Part shown: in pieces, positions 59,619 to 64,000 of the stretch
Position numbering within the stretch: position 1 is the first letter of the stretch
How the letters are laid out: each line of letters starts with the position of its first letter
Origin: Lepidodermella squamata
Taxonomy: Eukaryota > Animalia > Gastrotricha
Length of the DNA stretch: 64,000 bases
Assembly: GCA_047495785.1 (NCBI GenBank)
Contig: JBLDXI010000049.1
Span: 1-64,000, forward strand
Direction: 5' to 3'
The notes under the pieces: model-generated
What the model saw: the letters and a program-made list of their open reading frames with translations, nothing else
Database searches by the model: none
What the model was told of the DNA's origin: nothing
Translations under genes and position numbers: made by a program

Positions 59619-60196
59619 TTAGTTTCCGACCAGAGCGTCGCGCATAGCTTTGTTATTTGTCGCAAACCACTGCCGTTTGCCGACGCTTGACGACGTTTGC
59701 CGACGTTTGCCGACGTCTGCAACGGCTCCAGCTCTCGGGTCGTAGTAGCTCATTGGCAGGAACCTTTTATGGAACTTTTCGCCGAAAAATTCCGGATCCC
59801 TGTTAACGAGAAAATTCGAGAAAATTTGATATTTATTTTAGTCAAAATGGAAAGCAAGGCATCAAGTGATAAAAATATTTTATTAATTAGGAGTTATTTT
59901 TCAAAACTTTTTAAATCTTTCATTTGACACGGTCTGAATAAATCGAAGAAATCAGCTGCACTGGCTTGGCAAAATCAATAAAAAATCAATTAATCTCCTT
60001 GAGATACATTTTGCAATATCAAATTTTTGGCCAAGCTTCTCTAATTTTTCTGGCAATTCTCACATTTTTTAAATATTTTAGGGAGTGATCTTTAATCTCA
60101 CCTTTCCTCGAGTTCATCCAGCATGTCGAAAGCTTGAATAATCTGGCTAGGCAAGAGAATGGCAACGACGAATAGGCAAAATATAGCTGATTTCAT
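59619..60196 (-). CDS. Neuropeptide-type precursor with GKR sites; exons 60196-60102, 59799-59619
   Basis: MKSAIFCLFVVAILLPSQIIQA-FDMLDELEER|DPEFFGEKFH-KR-FLPMSYYDPRAGAVADV-GKR-RQTSSSV-GKR-QWFATNNKAMRDALVGN; phase-2 intron. Confidence 0.85.
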
Positions 60197-61451
60197 CTTG
60201 GAGAAAAAATTTCCTACGATATGTGGTGATACAAGTGATAAAGAAAGCAAAAATTGTGGGCGGTTATTTAGCAAGATGCTTCTATATTTATACTAGGGCT
60301 ATTTTTATAAGGAGCTTACAATTGCATGTTGCATTATTGTAATTACAATTCGCAAGTAGAGTGTCGCATATGCCAATTTTCACGCGAATTTAATTGGTGA
60401 AAATCGAAACCCGCAATTCAACGCCGCAGCTCCGGGGCACATGCACGAAATAACCTTATGCCGCAGGGGATAGACGATAGGCTGGTTGGTACAAGGTACT
60501 AGGACACATTAGCTCAACATATTAGCCTAAAATCTAGAACTTGACGTCACAGCCGCTCATGACCGTTAACAAGTGAAAAATGGGGTTTGGCGAAATTTTA
60601 GACAACGGGAGATTTTGATGCCACTGTCGAGATCAATTATCGAGAAGTCGAACAATATAAAAAATTGATTGATAGCTATTGAGGTTGAAGAGAAAATGGT
60701 CTTCAAAGCTTACTATATTAGCAAAAAATGCGACTTTTGATGAATGCGCGCTTAAAAACAAATTGAGGTTTTTATTGCATCAACTGATAATCCCCCACGC
60801 AATAATTCCGATGTCATTTACTTTTCGCGACATATTTTAGGGTAATCTGAGATGAGGAATTTCGCTGGATATTCGAAAAGTAGGAGGAAGCAAGCTATTC
60901 GGAAGCGAAACTGTGGTGTTTCCAGTCTTCTAAAAGGAGAATGAGAGCAGAGCCGAGGTCTGAAATTTTAAATTTTTAAAATCCCCACCAAGACAAACTG
61001 AGTGAGAACCACTTTTCATTTGTTAACACGGTCATATATAAATATTTTGTAGGTCACGCCCATTCAAATTTTTGAGATCGTAAGAAAATTGAGGTTGAAG
61101 GACAAAAATCAGTTTTTGCCCGAAATTACCATCAGAGAGTCATTACAGAGATATTAGGGGTTCCCAAAACGAAGCCCGAAGTCGCGCTGCATTCAACTTT
61201 TTCCGAAAATCGATTTTCGATCCAAAAAGGCTATATAATGAGACAGAGAATTTTATGCAAAATGTGTCCCAGATCATGTCCTCATTACGGAGATGATAAA
61301 AAAAAATAATAAATGTCTCAATCTGTAATTTTATTTATGATAAAAAGTATAATTTGCTAATTAGTTTATTAAAGTTAATTATAATTTTATAAGCAAGACT
61401 TTTTAAGTGTTAAAGTTGCGACTGTAGACATTAGCATTAGATGTCCCATTT

Positions 61452-61753
61452 TCAATCAAATTGCTTATGAAGAGATGCGGCCAGTCCAGGTGACCAACGT
61501 CGCTTGGCCGTGCCGATATGGGGTCTACTGCCGTAAAGAGCAGCTGGGTAAAACCGTTTAAAAGTCTCGCCAAAGAGCTCAGGTGTACTGTAGTGGTAAA
61601 ATAATGTATTATTTCCTTCCAAATGAGTGAATTTTTTCAATATGAAGTTTCTTACCGTTCATTGAGTTCGTTCTCAACAAAATCGAAGCCATATACCAAA
61701 TTAGCCGGCAGAAGGGCCGCAATGAAAAGGACGCAAAATAAGGTGGATTTCAT
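61452..61753 (-). CDS. Neuropeptide-type precursor, paralog of 59619-60196; exons 61753-61656, 61587-61452
   Basis: MKSTLFCVLFIAALLPANLVYG-FDFVENELNER|TPELFGETF-KR-FYPAALYGSRPHIGTA-KR-RWSPGLAASLHKQFD; phase-2 intron. Confidence 0.85.
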
Positions 61754-61953
61754 GTTTTTTTCGATGATTTTTTAAATTTTATGGCGGAAATAACTCGGGC
61801 TCGAGGATGACACTCTTTGCGTGATTCCAAAAAAGGTTTTTCCAAGTTAAAACAAGCGAAGCATAATTTTATTCTCATAAACTGTCAAAGACATAATTCA
61901 ATTGAAAATCATGATTTTTTCGCCGCGTGATGATTAATTAATATAGACAAATT

Positions 61954-62304
61954 TTAGCCGATTTTCTGCCGAAAGCCGACCGGCTGCACGCGAACTTGGT
62001 ACGGGTTGTAGCGTTTTTGGACGAGCCAAAGTGGTGCCGGAATTTCCTCATCATCGTCACCGTCGTCACTGATATCATTAGTATTCGCCTCATCGTCTTC
62101 GAAACTGAAATTTTTTGAAAATAAATAATTTTTTTTCTAAAGTTTTTGAATTACTAACATTGCTGGTCGATCTCTAACTATTTGCAGATTTTCATCGTCA
62201 GACTCGTCCGTATCGCCGAACGCAACGTTCCAAGCCAGGGTGATTTCGATGGCGCAAAACAGTGCCAGGAGAAAAATCGAAAGATACAGAGAAAATCTAG
62301 CCAT
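61954..62304 (-). CDS. Prepropeptide with an acidic propiece and an amidated C-terminal peptide; exons 62304-62159, 62104-61954
   Basis: MARFSLYLSIFLLALFCAIEITLA signal; D/E-rich pro region; KR-YNPYQVRVQPVGFRQKI-G-stop; phase-2 intron. Confidence 0.85.
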
Positions 62305-64000
62305 GATAATTCCTAAAAAATAAGAAAATAATTATGATTTTTCCTGTTTATCGCACGCAAATTTCGGAAGTAGGACATGCTATTATAAAGTGACTTTAGT
62401 ACCCCCAATAAAATGTTACCAAGCAGCGGGTCCTGGTCAAGAAATCAGCATATAAAAATATTTGTCGACAGCAAAATAATAATAAAGCAAATCACAGAGA
62501 GGGCCGTGACAGGAATCTAGGAGAAATAATTTGATAATCATAAATATCAGAAATATTCTTTGCATTTTTCCGATAATAATGAAATAAAATCTGACCAAAC
62601 GCCGTCAAATCTGACCCGTCTATGAGAGTGAATTTTGATTCTTCATATATTATAGACATCGATTAGCACTCGATTGAAATTCCTTCATAGAAAAGCGAGG
62701 CAGACGGGCTTCGTATAAGAGATCAATTTTCAAAAAATAGTAGCCCACAAAAAAAATCGTCCGCTTAGCATGATAGGCAGACGACGATGGGGGAAATGAA
62801 TTGCATTGCATTGCTCAGTTTGGTTTTCACAGCTACACCTGTCGAAAACAACTGTCCGAGAACCGAGAACTAATGCATTAAGAGGAAATACATTATTCGG
62901 TGTTCGCAATATTCTCAGGCGTGGATGCTGGCAATCTTTCAGTTCCGATCGATGAAATTCATCATCAACTTGCGTTTTTACATGATAATAATATTCGCAA
63001 CGGCATTTGTTGAATTGCTCCGTGAGCAAACACCGATTTTTAATTTCTTCTATTTCAAGGAATGTTGTTTGCGTGGATTGCGGATTAAAAATTTATTGCG
63101 GCCCGCGCACTGACCCGATTGGCACTGAATTATGACCGATTTTTTTCATGACCAGCTTTGCACTTGCATAAATGAGATTTCTGAAATTTCAAAAAAATGA
63201 TAAAAACGTGAGATGATTTGCAACTAAGCATTGAAGCATTGTTACACAGAATGTTAAGGAAGATTTTAGTCGGATTGTCATAAAAAGCGTTCAGCAACCC
63301 GTAAGAAGAATCTAGAAAATTCAGAACTTAAAAGAGTCGACCCCATCAGAAAGCTTAGGAAATTTTTTAGGAAATCTACAATAGCTCCGTGTTTACCCTA
63401 ATAGATGCTCCTGATGATCTTTTCGAAAGTTTGTAGGATTCTCCACAGGCAAAAAGTAGCTTCGTACCCAGAAATTCGCACCGTGGTCATTTCGTAATAA
63501 GATGGTAAAATTCTCATGTAAAAAAATAAAATTTAAAACTTTAATTTAAACGGCAATTTCGTGATTTTCATAACAATTAAAGATGAAGTAGCGACCATTT
63601 CGTCTCGTGTTTATTTAACGCTTTATAATTCATTTATCACTCGTCATCACCGTCATCTCCCTGATCATCGAGATCACTTTCACCATCATCAATAATTACA
63701 ATGGAATATACAAAAACTGCATAAATCCTATAGTCGCCCCCAGCTAGACACGTTTAGGCACTGATAAACACGAGGGACGCGTTTTCCAAGCAATGTGCTA
63801 ACTTTTAAAGCGCACAGTCCAACATAAGCGCAGACCTACTGTGTAATCTGCGACGCGGCGATTTTGAACTTCCACGCCGGTTAAAAGTCGATAAAAATTC
63901 TACGAAAAATTAATTTCAGAATTTTTAGACTTTCTTTCGATGATCTCACCCTACCCTAATACACGCACATAATTGTAGAAATTAGCAACAAGCATATTAG

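Noticed and set aside
63390-63700. Acidic minus-strand segment (DDGESDLDDQGDDGDDE) resembling another propeptide
   Set aside because: No signal-peptide exon or consistent splice path could be built within the window.

Overview
AT-rich animal (invertebrate) genomic DNA with short GT-AG introns, many of 30-60 nt; the taxon cannot be determined from this window. Contents from left to right: a 2.29-kb near-perfect palindrome at the window start; a 3-exon Schlafen/AlbA_2-domain gene; a spliced, apparently non-coding snoRNA host gene with one box C/D snoRNA in each of three successive introns; two GABA-B-like class C GPCRs; two tandem aminergic-type class A GPCRs, one hosting an intronic tRNA-Phe; two divergent nuclear receptors with a CEACQK P-box; a full-length non-LTR retrotransposon; and several MITE/foldback repeats. 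The most notable feature is largely invisible in the ORF track: about 15 small secreted prepropeptide genes between 24 and 62 kb, with signal peptides and, in most, KR/GKR processing sites. All 14 intron-containing members have only phase-2 coding introns, often immediately before a KR site, which suggests one rapidly diversifying peptide superfamily. All gene models were spliced by hand and no database searches were run.
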